Shown here: positions 20,458 to 30,697 of the stretch, in pieces
Numbering within the stretch: the stretch's first letter is position 1
Layout of the letters: every line of letters begins with the position of its first letter
Source: Chloroflexota bacterium
GTDB taxonomy: Bacteria > Chloroflexota > UBA11872 > VXOZ01
Direction: 5' to 3'
DNA: 64,000 nucleotides
Assembly: GCA_964291655.2 (NCBI GenBank)
Contig: OZ219802.1
Span: 160,001 to 224,000 of the forward strand
Position numbers and translations under genes: made by a program
Notes under the pieces: model-generated
The model's database searches: none
Told to the model about the DNA's origin: nothing
The model's input: the letters and a program-made list of their open reading frames with translations, nothing else

Positions 20458-21102
20458 GTGAATGCAGCCGAACCAGGGCAAATCATCATCCTGAACGGCG
20501 CGCCGCGATCGGGCAAGTCGAGCATCGTCCAGGTGGTCATGGACACATTTGATGGAGTGTGGATCAACCTTGGCGTAGATTGCTTCAAGCAGCAAACATC
20601 CCAGCGCTACAGTCCGGGCATTGGCCTTCGTCCCGGTGGAGTACTGTCAACAACGATCGAACCTCTCGTTCCGGTGCTGTATGCGGCCATGTACGAGTCT
20701 ATCGCTGCCCACAGCCGGCTGGGCGTAAACGTCGTTGTGGACGTTGGCCATCACGACGCGTATGCGGAGCCACGCGGCATCCTTTTTGCTAGCGCACGGC
20801 GTCTAAGCGGCTTGCCCGTCTTGTTTGTGGGAGTTCGTTGTCCTGTTGACGTGATCGTGGAGCGACGACAAAAGACGTGGGACCCAAGTCGGGGACTGGA
20901 CGAGCTCATTCAACGCTGGCAGCGTGAAGTCCACATTCCGGGCATCTATGACATTGAAGTCGATACTTCACGATGTTCTCCTCAGGAGTGTGCAGGTAAG
21001 ATTCGACAGTTCCTTGAAGAGCGTCCACGACTCTCGGCATTGGCTCAACTTGCCGAGATGCAACCGGACAACGGCAATTCAGTGTGTGAAGCAGCGAAGT
21101 AA
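20458..21102 (+). CDS. Chloramphenicol phosphotransferase (CPT)-like P-loop kinase
   Basis: IIILNGAPRSGKSS, VVVDVGHH, LFVGVRCP, YDIEVDTS; start uncertain (20440 or 20458). Confidence 0.85.
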   Translation: MNAAEPGQIIILNGAPRSGKSSIVQVVMDTFDGVWINLGVDCFKQQTSQRYSPGIGLRPGGVLSTTIEPLVPVLYAAMYESIAAHSRLGVNVVVDVGHHDAYAEPRGILFASARRLSGLPVLFVGVRCPVDVIVERRQKTWDPSRGLDELIQRWQREVHIPGIYDIEVDTSRCSPQECAGKIRQFLEERPRLSALAQLAEMQPDNGNSVCEAAK

Positions 21103-21171
21103 TCGTCAGGTCAGTGTGCCCTTTCCAAGCTTCACCTTCGCTTCTCCTCCGTAGACGTTTTGTGATAGGAA

Positions 21172-21882
21172 ATGAGCCAGAAACACAAGAACATCGTCTC
21201 AGTCCACGAAATCAGCAAGTCCTATTTCGACCAAGGCGAGCAGCGCGTTGTATTGAATAACGTGAGTTTGGAGGTCAGCGGCGGCGAATTCGTCGCCGTC
21301 CTGGGAAGTAGCGGCAGCGGCAAGACAACCCTTCTGCACCTTATCGGCGGGATTGATACACCCGATAGCGGCTCTATCACCATTGAAGGAAACGAGCTCA
21401 CCGCTCTCAGCGATACCGGCCGCACGCGCTTTCGCCGGCGTCACGTTGGCATGGTATTCCAGCTTTTCAATCTGATTCCCACGCTCACCGTATGGGAGAA
21501 CGTGCTCCTGCCGGCCGAGCTTGAAGGCGCAGTCGACGCCAAGCTCAAAGGCCAGGCAAGGGCATTGCTTGAGCGCGTGGGTCTCGCCGACCGCAAGAAT
21601 ACATTCCCGGACCGTTTGAGCGGCGGCGAGCAGCAACGCGTGGCCATTGTGCGCGCGCTGGCGCACCAGCCGCTCGTCGTGCTTGCCGATGAGCCAACTG
21701 GCAATCTCGACGCTGAGAACAGTGCGCGCGTGCTTTCACTCTTGCTCCAACTGACCCAAGAAGCCGGACGCACATTGCTGATGGCCACGCACGACCATGA
21801 GATTGCGCGTCAGGCCTCCCGTGTCTGCCGGCTTCACGCCGGTGCGCTCACTCTTCATTCCACCGTGACTGCCGCATTCTAA
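21172..21882 (+). CDS. ABC transporter ATP-binding protein (LolD/AttE-like)
   Basis: [26 protein letters not shown]. Confidence 0.95.
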   Translation: MSQKHKNIVSVHEISKSYFDQGEQRVVLNNVSLEVSGGEFVAVLGSSGSGKTTLLHLIGGIDTPDSGSITIEGNELTALSDTGRTRFRRRHVGMVFQLFNLIPTLTVWENVLLPAELEGAVDAKLKGQARALLERVGLADRKNTFPDRLSGGEQQRVAIVRALAHQPLVVLADEPTGNLDAENSARVLSLLLQLTQEAGRTLLMATHDHEIARQASRVCRLHAGALTLHSTVTAAF

Positions 21883-21885
21883 GCC

Positions 21886-24453
21886 ATGAATCTTGCGATC
21901 GTCTGCCGTCTCGCCTATCGAGCGATGGAACGGCGCGTGCTGCAGAGTGCGTTGTTTGTCTTTAGTATTGTGGCCGGCGTCGCGTTAGTGGTGGGCGTTG
22001 ACGTCGCCGCCGAGTCGTCGCGACGTGCGTTCTCGCTAAGCGTTGCCAGTCTCCAGGGCAGCGCAACCCACGAAATCGTGGGAGGTCCCAGCGGGGTTCC
22101 TTCCGCGCTCTACCGCGACCTGCGAGTCGATCTTGGCATCCGCACTGCTGCGCCGGTCGTGCAAGGCACTGTTCGCGTGGGCGAAAATGACGCCGCGCTC
22201 ACGCTGCTGGGCATCGATCCTTTCGCAGAATCTCATTTTCGTCAGTTCCTCGTCGGCGCGTCCACGTCGGACGCTGACAGCGTTGAGAGTCTGGCGTTGC
22301 TTCGACTCTTGACCGAGGCAAACACCGTACTGGTCTCACAATCCGTAGCTGCACGGCTTGACATTGAACCTGGAGATCAGCTCGAGATCCACACGGCGCA
22401 GGGGTGGCGGAGTGTCACCCTTGTGGGCGTCATTCGACCCTGGAATGAGCTGAGCGAGCAGGCGCTCGCCTTCTTGATTGTCTCTGACATTGCCACTGCG
22501 CAAGACATCGTAGGAAGTCCGGGAGCACTAACCCGTATCGATCTGATGCTCTCCGACCCTCAAACGCTCTCCCGCATTCAAGATTCGTTGCCACCGGGAA
22601 CTGTCGTGAGGACAGTAGCAAGCAACCAGAACAACCTAGAGCAGCTAAGCGGCAGTTTCACACTCAATCTACAGGCGCTCAGTCTGCTCGCACTCGTCGT
22701 CGGCATGTTTCTTGTCTATAACATTATGTCATTCAGTGTTGTACAGCGGCGCGTGCAAATCGGTATGCTGCGCGCGATTGGCGCCACGCGCCGACAGATC
22801 TTCGCAACCGTCCTCATTGAGGCGCTCGTCTTCGGCATGCTTGGCACGGTGCTCGGTCTGGCTGTTGGCTATCTGCTGGGTGGACTCTTAGTTGGAGCGG
22901 TTGCCCGCACCATCACCGACGTCTACTATCGAGTTGAGGTCCAGGTACTGACACTCTCGTCGTTCACGGTCGCCAAAGGCGTGATCACGGGGCTAGTTGC
23001 GAGCTTGGGCGCGGCACTGCTCCCCGCCCTAAATGCCACTCGCATATCGGCCGCGAGCGCTCTCCGCAGCATCGACGCCGAGCAGGCGACGCGCTATCGC
23101 GTTGATTTTGCCGCGGCTACCGGTCTTGTCGTATTGGCTGCCGGCTTCATTCTGACCAAGTTGCAGACGCAGAGTCTGTATTTTGGCTTTGGCGCGCTCT
23201 TCTTGGTCCTCATGGGCAGCATTCTCTTCACGCCGGCGGCTCTCTTCGTGTGCATGCGCGCTGTGCAGCCCATTACAGGCCGCCTATTCGGCACACTTGG
23301 GGCTATGGCGCCGCGATCCATCAACCGATCGCTGAGCCGGACCGGTGTTGCGGTGGCGGCATTGGCGCTGGCAGTGAGCGTAATTGTCGGTGTTAGTGTG
23401 ATGATTACAAGTTTCCGAGGGACGGTAACGACCTGGCTCGACGGCGCATTGACCGCCGATGTCTTCATTTCCGCGCCAACAAGCGGCTTGCTCGAAACAA
23501 TAAATCTCGATCCAGGGCTGGCGGAGCAACTCCAACGTGTGCCTGGCGTAGCCAGAGTCCTAACGGCGCGCGACGTACCGGTGCTCGCACCGGACTACCC
23601 TGACCTGCCGCCGGTAAATCTTGTCGCGGTAAGTGAGGACCTGGCCGACCGCTCGCGCCGGTATCTGTGGCTTTTAATGCCAAGGGAAGACGTCTGGGAT
23701 GCCATGGAAGATGGGGCCATTGTCGTTACGGAGTCGTTCGCCTACCGCCGCGGCATTACACCTGAGAAGAGCACGCTCACGCTCCTCACCGACGCCGGTC
23801 CTCAAAGCTTCCCTGTAGTTGGCGTGTACCAGCACTATGGATCCGATCAAGGGATTGTGCTCATGGCAGCGTCCGTCTATCGCAAACTCTATGCCGACCC
23901 GTGGGTGTCAACCTTCGCGCTTTTTCTGACGCCCAATGCACGCAGCGAGAACGTTGAGGAGAGCGTTCGCCTGGTGGTTGCTGAACAAGGTCTGACCGTT
24001 CAGAGCACGCGCGAGTTGCGGACTCAAGTCTTCGCCATCTTCGACCGTGCATTCAGCATCACTGCCGCCTTGCGCAGCCTGGCTGCTGTTGTTGCCTTCA
24101 TCGGCATTCTGAGCGCCCTCATGGCCCTGCAAATGGACCAGAAGCGCACATTCGGCACGATGCGAGCCCTCGGCCTCACGGGGGGACAACTATGGAGGCT
24201 TACACTGCTGGAAACAGGGCTGATGGGACTCGCTGCGGGTCTCTTTGCGCTTCCAATCGGCTTGCTGCTGGCAAAGATGCTCATCGACGTTATAAATGTG
24301 CGCGCGTTTGGTTGGACATTTGCATATCTTGTTCCGGCGGGTTCTCTGCTGCAAGCGGTATTCATTGCCATGACAGCGGCTTTGCTGGCGGGAGCATACC
24401 CGGCATGGCGCGTTGCCCGTCTCACTCCGGCAGAGGCAATTCGCAATGATTAG
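21886..24453 (+). CDS. FtsX/MacB-type ABC permease (AttFG-like)
   Basis: Two repeats with IGMLRAIG / FGTMRALG; 855 aa multi-TM. Confidence 0.9.
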   Translation: MNLAIVCRLAYRAMERRVLQSALFVFSIVAGVALVVGVDVAAESSRRAFSLSVASLQGSATHEIVGGPSGVPSALYRDLRVDLGIRTAAPVVQGTVRVGENDAALTLLGIDPFAESHFRQFLVGASTSDADSVESLALLRLLTEANTVLVSQSVAARLDIEPGDQLEIHTAQGWRSVTLVGVIRPWNELSEQALAFLIVSDIATAQDIVGSPGALTRIDLMLSDPQTLSRIQDSLPPGTVVRTVASNQNNLEQLSGSFTLNLQALSLLALVVGMFLVYNIMSFSVVQRRVQIGMLRAIGATRRQIFATVLIEALVFGMLGTVLGLAVGYLLGGLLVGAVARTITDVYYRVEVQVLTLSSFTVAKGVITGLVASLGAALLPALNATRISAASALRSIDAEQATRYRVDFAAATGLVVLAAGFILTKLQTQSLYFGFGALFLVLMGSILFTPAALFVCMRAVQPITGRLFGTLGAMAPRSINRSLSRTGVAVAALALAVSVIVGVSVMITSFRGTVTTWLDGALTADVFISAPTSGLLETINLDPGLAEQLQRVPGVARVLTARDVPVLAPDYPDLPPVNLVAVSEDLADRSRRYLWLLMPREDVWDAMEDGAIVVTESFAYRRGITPEKSTLTLLTDAGPQSFPVVGVYQHYGSDQGIVLMAASVYRKLYADPWVSTFALFLTPNARSENVEESVRLVVAEQGLTVQSTRELRTQVFAIFDRAFSITAALRSLAAVVAFIGILSALMALQMDQKRTFGTMRALGLTGGQLWRLTLLETGLMGLAAGLFALPIGLLLAKMLIDVINVRAFGWTFAYLVPAGSLLQAVFIAMTAALLAGAYPAWRVARLTPAEAIRND

Positions 24454-25621
24454 ATCTTATGTCAAGAACAAATTGGTTTGGTTTTTCCTTCTAACTGCTG
24501 TGCTCGCGCTGCTCGCCTTTGTCATAGCGCGAGTTTCAACCAGGCCGGTTGACCCCATTGGCGCAGAGACCGTTTTGCTTCCACCTCGTCTCGATGCCGA
24601 CGGCTTCGCGCGTGCCGTGGGACCGTGGCAGTGGGACTTCCCACGGGACCACGGGCCGCATCCGACGTTCCAGACGGAATGGTGGTACTACACGGGAAAT
24701 CTGACAACGGCCGAGGGTCGACGATTCGGGTACCAATTCACCATTTTCCGCCGAGCCCTGACCCCCACCCTGCGAGATTCGCGGTCTGAATGGAACACGA
24801 ACCAGGTCTTCATGGCGCACTTCACGGTAAGTGATGTGGCAGACGGCACATTCTACCAGGAAGAGCGGTTTAGCCGCGGGGCGATCGGCCTTGCCGGCGC
24901 AGAGTCACTACCGCGCTTCCAGGTTTGGCTGGACGACTGGACGGTGACTGCAGCAGATGATTCTGCGGCGCAAATGAACATTCGAGCCAAGGCAAACGGC
25001 TATGCCATCGACCTGCTGCTCACGACTGCAAAGTCGCCCGCCCTGCATGGCGACAATGGCCTGAGCCAAAAGGGGCCCGAGCCCGGTAATGCAAGCTACT
25101 ACTATTCCCTGACACGCATCGAAACGACCGGCACGGTGGCAATCGGCAACGAAGAGTTCGCGGTTAGCGGCATGAGCTGGATGGACCGCGAGTTCGGCAC
25201 CAGCGCACTGAGCGTGGGGTCCGTAGGCTGGGACTGGTTTGCCGTGCACCTTAGCGACGGCCGCGATATCATGGTGGGCCAAATTCGGCGGCAAGACGGC
25301 AGTGTTGAGCCCTTATTTGGCGGCTTGCTGGTCATGCCGAACGGGCAGACTCGTTTCCTGCCATCGGAAGCGTTCACCATCAGGCCGATCGGCAGTTGGC
25401 GGAGCAGTCGCAGTGGCGCAACGTATCCTGCTGGATGGGAAATTACGATAGACTTCGATAACAAGCCCTTGCAACTCGTGCTGGAACCGCTTCTCGCAGA
25501 TCAGGAGGTCTTGAGCAGCGTGACGTACTGGGAAGGCGCCGTGCGCGTAAGCGGGGACGCTGAGGGCTACGGTTATGCAGAACTCACAGGGTATGCTCAG
25601 CCCCTGCGAGGCCTCTTCTAG
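24446..25621 (+). CDS. AttH-like lipocalin / CrtC carotenoid 1,2-hydratase family protein
   Basis: FPRDHGPHP, EWWYYTGNL, WMDREF, GWDWF, YWEGAV, GYAELTGY. Confidence 0.88.
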   Translation: MIRSYVKNKLVWFFLLTAVLALLAFVIARVSTRPVDPIGAETVLLPPRLDADGFARAVGPWQWDFPRDHGPHPTFQTEWWYYTGNLTTAEGRRFGYQFTIFRRALTPTLRDSRSEWNTNQVFMAHFTVSDVADGTFYQEERFSRGAIGLAGAESLPRFQVWLDDWTVTAADDSAAQMNIRAKANGYAIDLLLTTAKSPALHGDNGLSQKGPEPGNASYYYSLTRIETTGTVAIGNEEFAVSGMSWMDREFGTSALSVGSVGWDWFAVHLSDGRDIMVGQIRRQDGSVEPLFGGLLVMPNGQTRFLPSEAFTIRPIGSWRSSRSGATYPAGWEITIDFDNKPLQLVLEPLLADQEVLSSVTYWEGAVRVSGDAEGYGYAELTGYAQPLRGLF

Positions 25622-25649
25622 ACCTCTTGCAATTCCGTGCGATCAAAGT

Positions 25650-27080
25650 TCAGCCCTCCGGGGTTTGCTCACTCTCCTCGGCATCAGGCATTGCCTGAGC
25701 GGTGCGTGCTGGCTGTTCCCGCATTCGGTCGCAAAGCTCTTGCTCAAAACCAACAGTGCCGGGCTCATAGTAGCGTTGGCCCTCTAAAGGCGTAGGCAGG
25801 TACACTTCCGCTACCCAACTCTCATCGTACGAGTGGGGGTACCTGTAGTCTTTACCATGGCCAAAGGCAGCCATCAGCCCTGTTGGCGCATTGCGCAAAT
25901 GGAGCGGCACGCTGAGGTTCCCTGTCTCCTGAACAGCCTCCCGCGCCGCAGCATACGCCCGCAACGCCGAGTTGCTCTTGGGCGCCGTGGCGAGATAGAG
26001 CGTAGCCTGAGTGAGTGGGTAGATCCCTTCCGGCATGCCGATGAAGTGGACGGCTTGCTGAGCAGCCACAGCGACGCTGAGCGCATTGGGATCGGCGAGC
26101 CCAATGTCTTCCGATGCCAGGATCACTATCCGCCTCGCGACGAAATGCGGTTCTTCACCACCCTCTAGCATGCGTGCGAGCCAGTAGACTGCTGCATGGG
26201 GATCGCTGCCGCGAACGCTTTTGATGTACGCTGAAATAAGATCGTAGTGAAAGTCCCCCTTCTTGTCATGGGGGAGCACCCGCCGCTGCAACGCGCTCGC
26301 AATGTCGCCTTCAGTGATAGTAAGCTGGCCGCCGTCGTCCGCCTTGGCAAGCGTAACGGCGAGTTCGAGGGTATCCAGAGCCACGCGGGCGTCGCCATTC
26401 GCCATGCGCACAAGATACGCGAGGGCTTCCGGTTGCGCAGCCGCTTGCTGCTTGCCAAGTCCACGGGTCGTGTCTTCCAAGCTCCGAGTCAACAGGGTCA
26501 TGATCTCACCATCGGTGAGGGGTTCGAGCTTGTAGACCCGTGCGCGCGAGAGGAGGGGAGCGTTGACCTCGAATGATGGGTTTTCCGTCGTCGCTCCAAT
26601 CAGCGTAACCGTGCCGTCCTCTACGAAGGGCAGGATGGCATCCTGCTGGCTCTTGGAAAAGCGGTGAATCTCATCGATAAAGAGGATCGTGCGCTGGCCG
26701 GTGAGTTCAAGCCGCGCCTGGGCTTCCTCCACGACTTTGCGCAAGTCGGCGACTCCGGCGCTCACCGCACTGATGCCGGAGATCTTGGCCCTGGCGGTAC
26801 GGCCGATGATAGCTGCCAAAGAGGTCTTGCCTGATCCCGGCGGCCCCCAAAGAATCATCGATGGGATACGGTCCACCGTGATCGCCTGCCTGAGCACGCC
26901 ATTCTCACCAAGAAGGTGAGCCTGTCCCACGTATTCGTCTAACGTCAACGGACGCATGCGCGTGGCCAGGGGCACAGTAGCAGAGCTTGAACTTGTACGA
27001 GGAGATGCCGTTTCTTTGCCGGTATTCGCTTCCGCAAAGAGCGACGGGTGAAGATTCTCCTGGGGCGGCCGTCGTTTCAT
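25650..27080 (-). CDS. rarA: Replication-associated recombination protein A
   Basis: [53 protein letters not shown]. Confidence 0.96.
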   Translation of the reverse strand: MKRRPPQENLHPSLFAEANTGKETASPRTSSSSATVPLATRMRPLTLDEYVGQAHLLGENGVLRQAITVDRIPSMILWGPPGSGKTSLAAIIGRTARAKISGISAVSAGVADLRKVVEEAQARLELTGQRTILFIDEIHRFSKSQQDAILPFVEDGTVTLIGATTENPSFEVNAPLLSRARVYKLEPLTDGEIMTLLTRSLEDTTRGLGKQQAAAQPEALAYLVRMANGDARVALDTLELAVTLAKADDGGQLTITEGDIASALQRRVLPHDKKGDFHYDLISAYIKSVRGSDPHAAVYWLARMLEGGEEPHFVARRIVILASEDIGLADPNALSVAVAAQQAVHFIGMPEGIYPLTQATLYLATAPKSNSALRAYAAAREAVQETGNLSVPLHLRNAPTGLMAAFGHGKDYRYPHSYDESWVAEVYLPTPLEGQRYYEPGTVGFEQELCDRMREQPARTAQAMPDAEESEQTPEG

Positions 27081-27165
27081 TGCTCTTTGCGCCTACCTCC
27101 ACGACTCGCTTCTGTGCACAGGGTGGCGTTAGCGGATAAATGGGAGTAAGGGACCGTTGGATGGC

Positions 27166-27666
27166 CTAGCGAACAAATCGCTTCAATACCGTGCGTAGCG
27201 CGTTTTCCTTTTCGGAAGGGATGTACAGCTTCTGCTTTAGGGGGCGCTCTCCCTTCCCTTCAAGGAGGACGGTGCCGTTCTCAAATTCGTAGCGGCGATA
27301 GTTTTCCCACTTGTGGGCCTGACCGTTGCTAAGCGAATACCCCTCGGTCGTAAAAATGTAGGCTATGGGCACGATAGCGGCAATTACGACTGCCAACATG
27401 ATCATCAACTCAGTGCCCGGAAGCATGAATGAGAACTGAATCCCCGAAATGGGTATCTGGTTTACGAAGAGAAGAAGGAGAAGGGGGATTAGCGTGGGGC
27501 GAAAGACGAGCACTTTTTCGCGAATGCCAAGACGGATTTTCCCCAAGGGTTTTCCCGGTCGTTTTGGGGCAAATGGCAGGTAGATGCGCAGATACAGCAG
27601 CGCCAGCAAGAAGCTGGCGAGAGACGTGCCAATAATCTGAGAGAGTGTGGTGCCTTGATCAAACAT
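27166..27666 (-). CDS. Hypothetical membrane protein
   Basis: 166 aa; three hydrophobic segments plus a PH-like C-terminal tail. Confidence 0.7.
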   Translation of the reverse strand: MFDQGTTLSQIIGTSLASFLLALLYLRIYLPFAPKRPGKPLGKIRLGIREKVLVFRPTLIPLLLLLFVNQIPISGIQFSFMLPGTELMIMLAVVIAAIVPIAYIFTTEGYSLSNGQAHKWENYRRYEFENGTVLLEGKGERPLKQKLYIPSEKENALRTVLKRFVR

Positions 27667-27765
27667 AATCTAATCGAAGAATTGCGCACCCTGTAGTGGG
27701 CATCCCGCATGCAGTTGGGGCCTGGGGGGCAAGTCCAAATTCCGCCGTGAGGTGAATCACATCAA

Positions 27766-28155
27766 TCATCGCAGCACAATAGTCAGAGCTACCAAAATCA
27801 CCACCATACCCAAAGAGAGCAAGCCGATCCGCGTCAGGTCTCCTCGAATGTGATCAAGTTCCTCAACGGGCAGGTCGACAATTTGTGATCGCTTGCGGCG
27901 AGTAGGCCAAGCCGAACTCGCAGCAGCAGTAGATCCCGGCGATTGCGCGGAATCCAGCGCAACTTCATTCGCTTCAGATGGTCCCATAGAGGACTCTGCG
28001 GCCACAGCGGTGGCAGCCTCACTGCCCCTCGCTGCCAGTCCGTCCCCGTCTTGCGGGGGCCGAATGGCGTTTGGCGAACGCGGCTCCCTCGTTGCACTGC
28101 GGGATCGTGCCGGTTTCCGCCGCTGGCTGTTCGATCTTCGTCGCTTTCGCGCCAT
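27766..28155 (-). CDS. Hypothetical protein with basic N-terminus and C-terminal TM anchor
   Basis: MARKRRR..., HIRGDLTRIG followed by one TM helix. Confidence 0.6.
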   Translation of the reverse strand: MARKRRRSNSQRRKPARSRSATREPRSPNAIRPPQDGDGLAARGSEAATAVAAESSMGPSEANEVALDSAQSPGSTAAASSAWPTRRKRSQIVDLPVEELDHIRGDLTRIGLLSLGMVVILVALTIVLR

Positions 28156-28202
28156 GTTCTCAGGGCTCTCTCTGAAATTAACCGATCTTCATCGACTGTT
28201 CA

Positions 28203-28327
28203 TGGTCTGCAGGATCTCAAGTATCGAACTAACCGTACGAGTGCGATACCCCGGTCCGCATCGCCTCTCAAGCATCCGAGCAGCGACCGCCCACGATCTG
28301 AATAAGGCTGGCTGCCCTGCGGAACCA
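28203..28327 (-). ncRNA. Candidate rod-shaped ncRNA (6S-like) or structured leader
   Basis: 5' TGGTTCCGCAGG pairs with 3' CCTGCAGACCA; TATAAT lies about 7 nt upstream on the minus strand. Confidence 0.3.
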
Positions 28328-28399
28328 ATCCCAATTATACAGGGTCTCAATGGTTTCGGCATTGGATGGCCCGGAGAATTTACCATTCCGGGCGGATGC

Positions 28400-29161
28400 C
28401 TACCCACCTAGACTGTGGAACGCCGTGCGATAGTACTGCAGAATCGTGATTGGATCGGAAGATTCCTGGATTTCCGCACAGAGCCAGCCCTGGTAACCGT
28501 CCTCCTTCAAGAGCCCAAAGAGCTCACCGTACGGATAGTCGCTGTAGAGTCGATTGATATGGACATGCCGCACTCTATCCCGGACGAGAGCATAGCTCTG
28601 CGCAATTGAGCCCGAATCCACGTCCTGCGGGTTTGAATTCCAACACAGGGATACGCTGGGGTGGCTTGCGGTATCCATTATGTGGCGGATGTTTTGCGGT
28701 TCAGCGGTGTCGCGGCCGTGCATTTCCAGCCAGACTTCAACATTCACGTCCTGGGCCGCAGCGCCGACCTCATTGAGCGCTTCGCCAATCTGCTCAAGCG
28801 TCTGCTCTCTCGGTACTCCGGCCTCCAACTGCAAGCCGTTTGGACGCACCTTTATCCCGGCTGCCCCTAGGTCATGGGCAAGTTGCGCGAATTCCTTGGC
28901 AGTCTCGATATTCTCGCGTACTGTCTCCTTATCGACGTCATGAAACTCACACGTGGTTCCCAGTCCGACAATGGTGACTGGTGAGTCTGCGAATTGTGAT
29001 CTAATTTCGCGGCGTTCTTGCACTGAGAGAGTGGGTTCAACGCCGTGGGCGTGGGTTGTGCGGAGTTCTACTCCATAGATTCCAACCTCTTCGCAATTTG
29101 CAAGCATCGAGGGAATGTCCCAGTCTGCTGCAATGTTGTAGGTCACAATTCCAAGCCGCAT
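28400..29161 (-). CDS. Sugar phosphate isomerase/epimerase (TIM barrel)
   Basis: GVELRTTHAHGVEP, WLEMHG, CWNSN, HVHI, CAEI. Confidence 0.88.
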   Translation of the reverse strand: MRLGIVTYNIAADWDIPSMLANCEEVGIYGVELRTTHAHGVEPTLSVQERREIRSQFADSPVTIVGLGTTCEFHDVDKETVRENIETAKEFAQLAHDLGAAGIKVRPNGLQLEAGVPREQTLEQIGEALNEVGAAAQDVNVEVWLEMHGRDTAEPQNIRHIMDTASHPSVSLCWNSNPQDVDSGSIAQSYALVRDRVRHVHINRLYSDYPYGELFGLLKEDGYQGWLCAEIQESSDPITILQYYRTAFHSLGG

Positions 29162-29533
29162 AACGCTCTAGCTCCTCAAGACGTGGCGCGATTACCCTGT
29201 GCACTCATGCTAGCAGAATTCTTGGTGAAAGACAGTCACTGCCATAGTTCGCGAGGTATTCAAACAGACTATAGGAAGACACCTGGATTGCTCTTGCCAT
29301 CTCATTACCCTTGGTGCATGACAATCGGTATGACATACTTCATGTCTACCGCCAGTGCTCGTTCGACATGACTCCTTCACTTCAAGTTGGGCGCGAGCCA
29401 GATTTCAGAGCTTGCAATCACGTGATAACGCTGCAAACGCATTGCAACTTGGAGTGGGCGGGTCATACTTTCGCACGCTACAATAACACTTGGGCAGAGC
29501 GATTAGCCGAGAACCTGTGATGCAGTCCGAGGT

Positions 29534-30697
29534 GTGGCCGTGAAAATTGGGATAAATGCCCTGAAGCTCTACACCTCGCAGGATTATCGCAATGCCGGCA
29601 TTAGTCACTACATTCGCCAGTTGACCACGCACCTGCTTGATCACGACGGCAGGAATGACTACACCCTCTTTACGAACAATCTCATGCCACAATGGCAGGA
29701 GCAAACGCGATATGCCCCCAGAATTGTCACGAGTTGGCTTCCTACCGCTCGGCCGGTGCCGCGGATCCTATGGGAACAGACGCTATTGGCTTGGCATACA
29801 ACGCGTGGTAAACTAGATCTACTACACTGTCCGCTGAACGTAATCCCAATGGCGGCAGCCTGTCCCACCGTATTGACTATCCACGATCTTGCTTTCTTAC
29901 GCTATCCCCAGCTCTTTCCGCGGTTCAAACAACGCTATCTGCAGCTGTTCACTCGTATGTCTGCGCGCAATGCGAATGCCGTTATGACGGTCTCTGCAAG
30001 CACCCGGGACGATGTTGTGGAGATGCTTGGAGTGCCGAAGGACCGGGTGCATGTGATCTATCATGCCGCGGACGCCGACTTCTGTTTGCGCTCTCAGGAT
30101 GAGTGCAACACTTTCCGTGCATCAAAAGGACTAACGACCCGGTATATCCTCTATGTAGGGACATTGGAGCCACGCAAGAACGTTGACGTGTTGATCCGAG
30201 CGTTCGGGAAAGTTCTACGCGAAGAAGGGCTACAACATAAGCTGGTGTTGATAGGTGGAAAAGGCTGGATGACGCAGGCGATTCAGCAAGCGATAGAGGA
30301 CGCCGGTGTCGGTGATCGTGTGCTCATGCCGGGGTACGTGGCACGGGAGGAACTGCCCCACTGGTATAGTAGTGCTGATCTCTTTGTCTATCCTTCAACA
30401 TATGAAGGATTTGGCTATCCCGCGTTGGAAGCGATGGCTTCAGGTACGCCAGTGATAGTTTCAAACACTTCGTCACTGCCTGAGGTCGTAGGTGATGCCG
30501 GCGTACTAGTGCCGCCCCGGGACGTAAGCCAACTCGCCGCTGCCATGGCTGGCATTCTCACTGATAGCGAATTAGCAGGCAAATTGCGATCGCGCGGCCT
30601 CGAGCAAGCTACCAAATTCAACTGGGTAGACTCGGTGCATACGTGCTTGGACATTTACCAGTCTCTCGGCTCTCTCGCGCCGCCTGGGAGGTCATGA
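29534..30697 (+). CDS. Glycosyltransferase family 4
   Basis: TIHDL, YVGTLEPRKN, YEGFGYPALEAMASG. Confidence 0.95.
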   Translation: MAVKIGINALKLYTSQDYRNAGISHYIRQLTTHLLDHDGRNDYTLFTNNLMPQWQEQTRYAPRIVTSWLPTARPVPRILWEQTLLAWHTTRGKLDLLHCPLNVIPMAAACPTVLTIHDLAFLRYPQLFPRFKQRYLQLFTRMSARNANAVMTVSASTRDDVVEMLGVPKDRVHVIYHAADADFCLRSQDECNTFRASKGLTTRYILYVGTLEPRKNVDVLIRAFGKVLREEGLQHKLVLIGGKGWMTQAIQQAIEDAGVGDRVLMPGYVAREELPHWYSSADLFVYPSTYEGFGYPALEAMASGTPVIVSNTSSLPEVVGDAGVLVPPRDVSQLAAAMAGILTDSELAGKLRSRGLEQATKFNWVDSVHTCLDIYQSLGSLAPPGRS

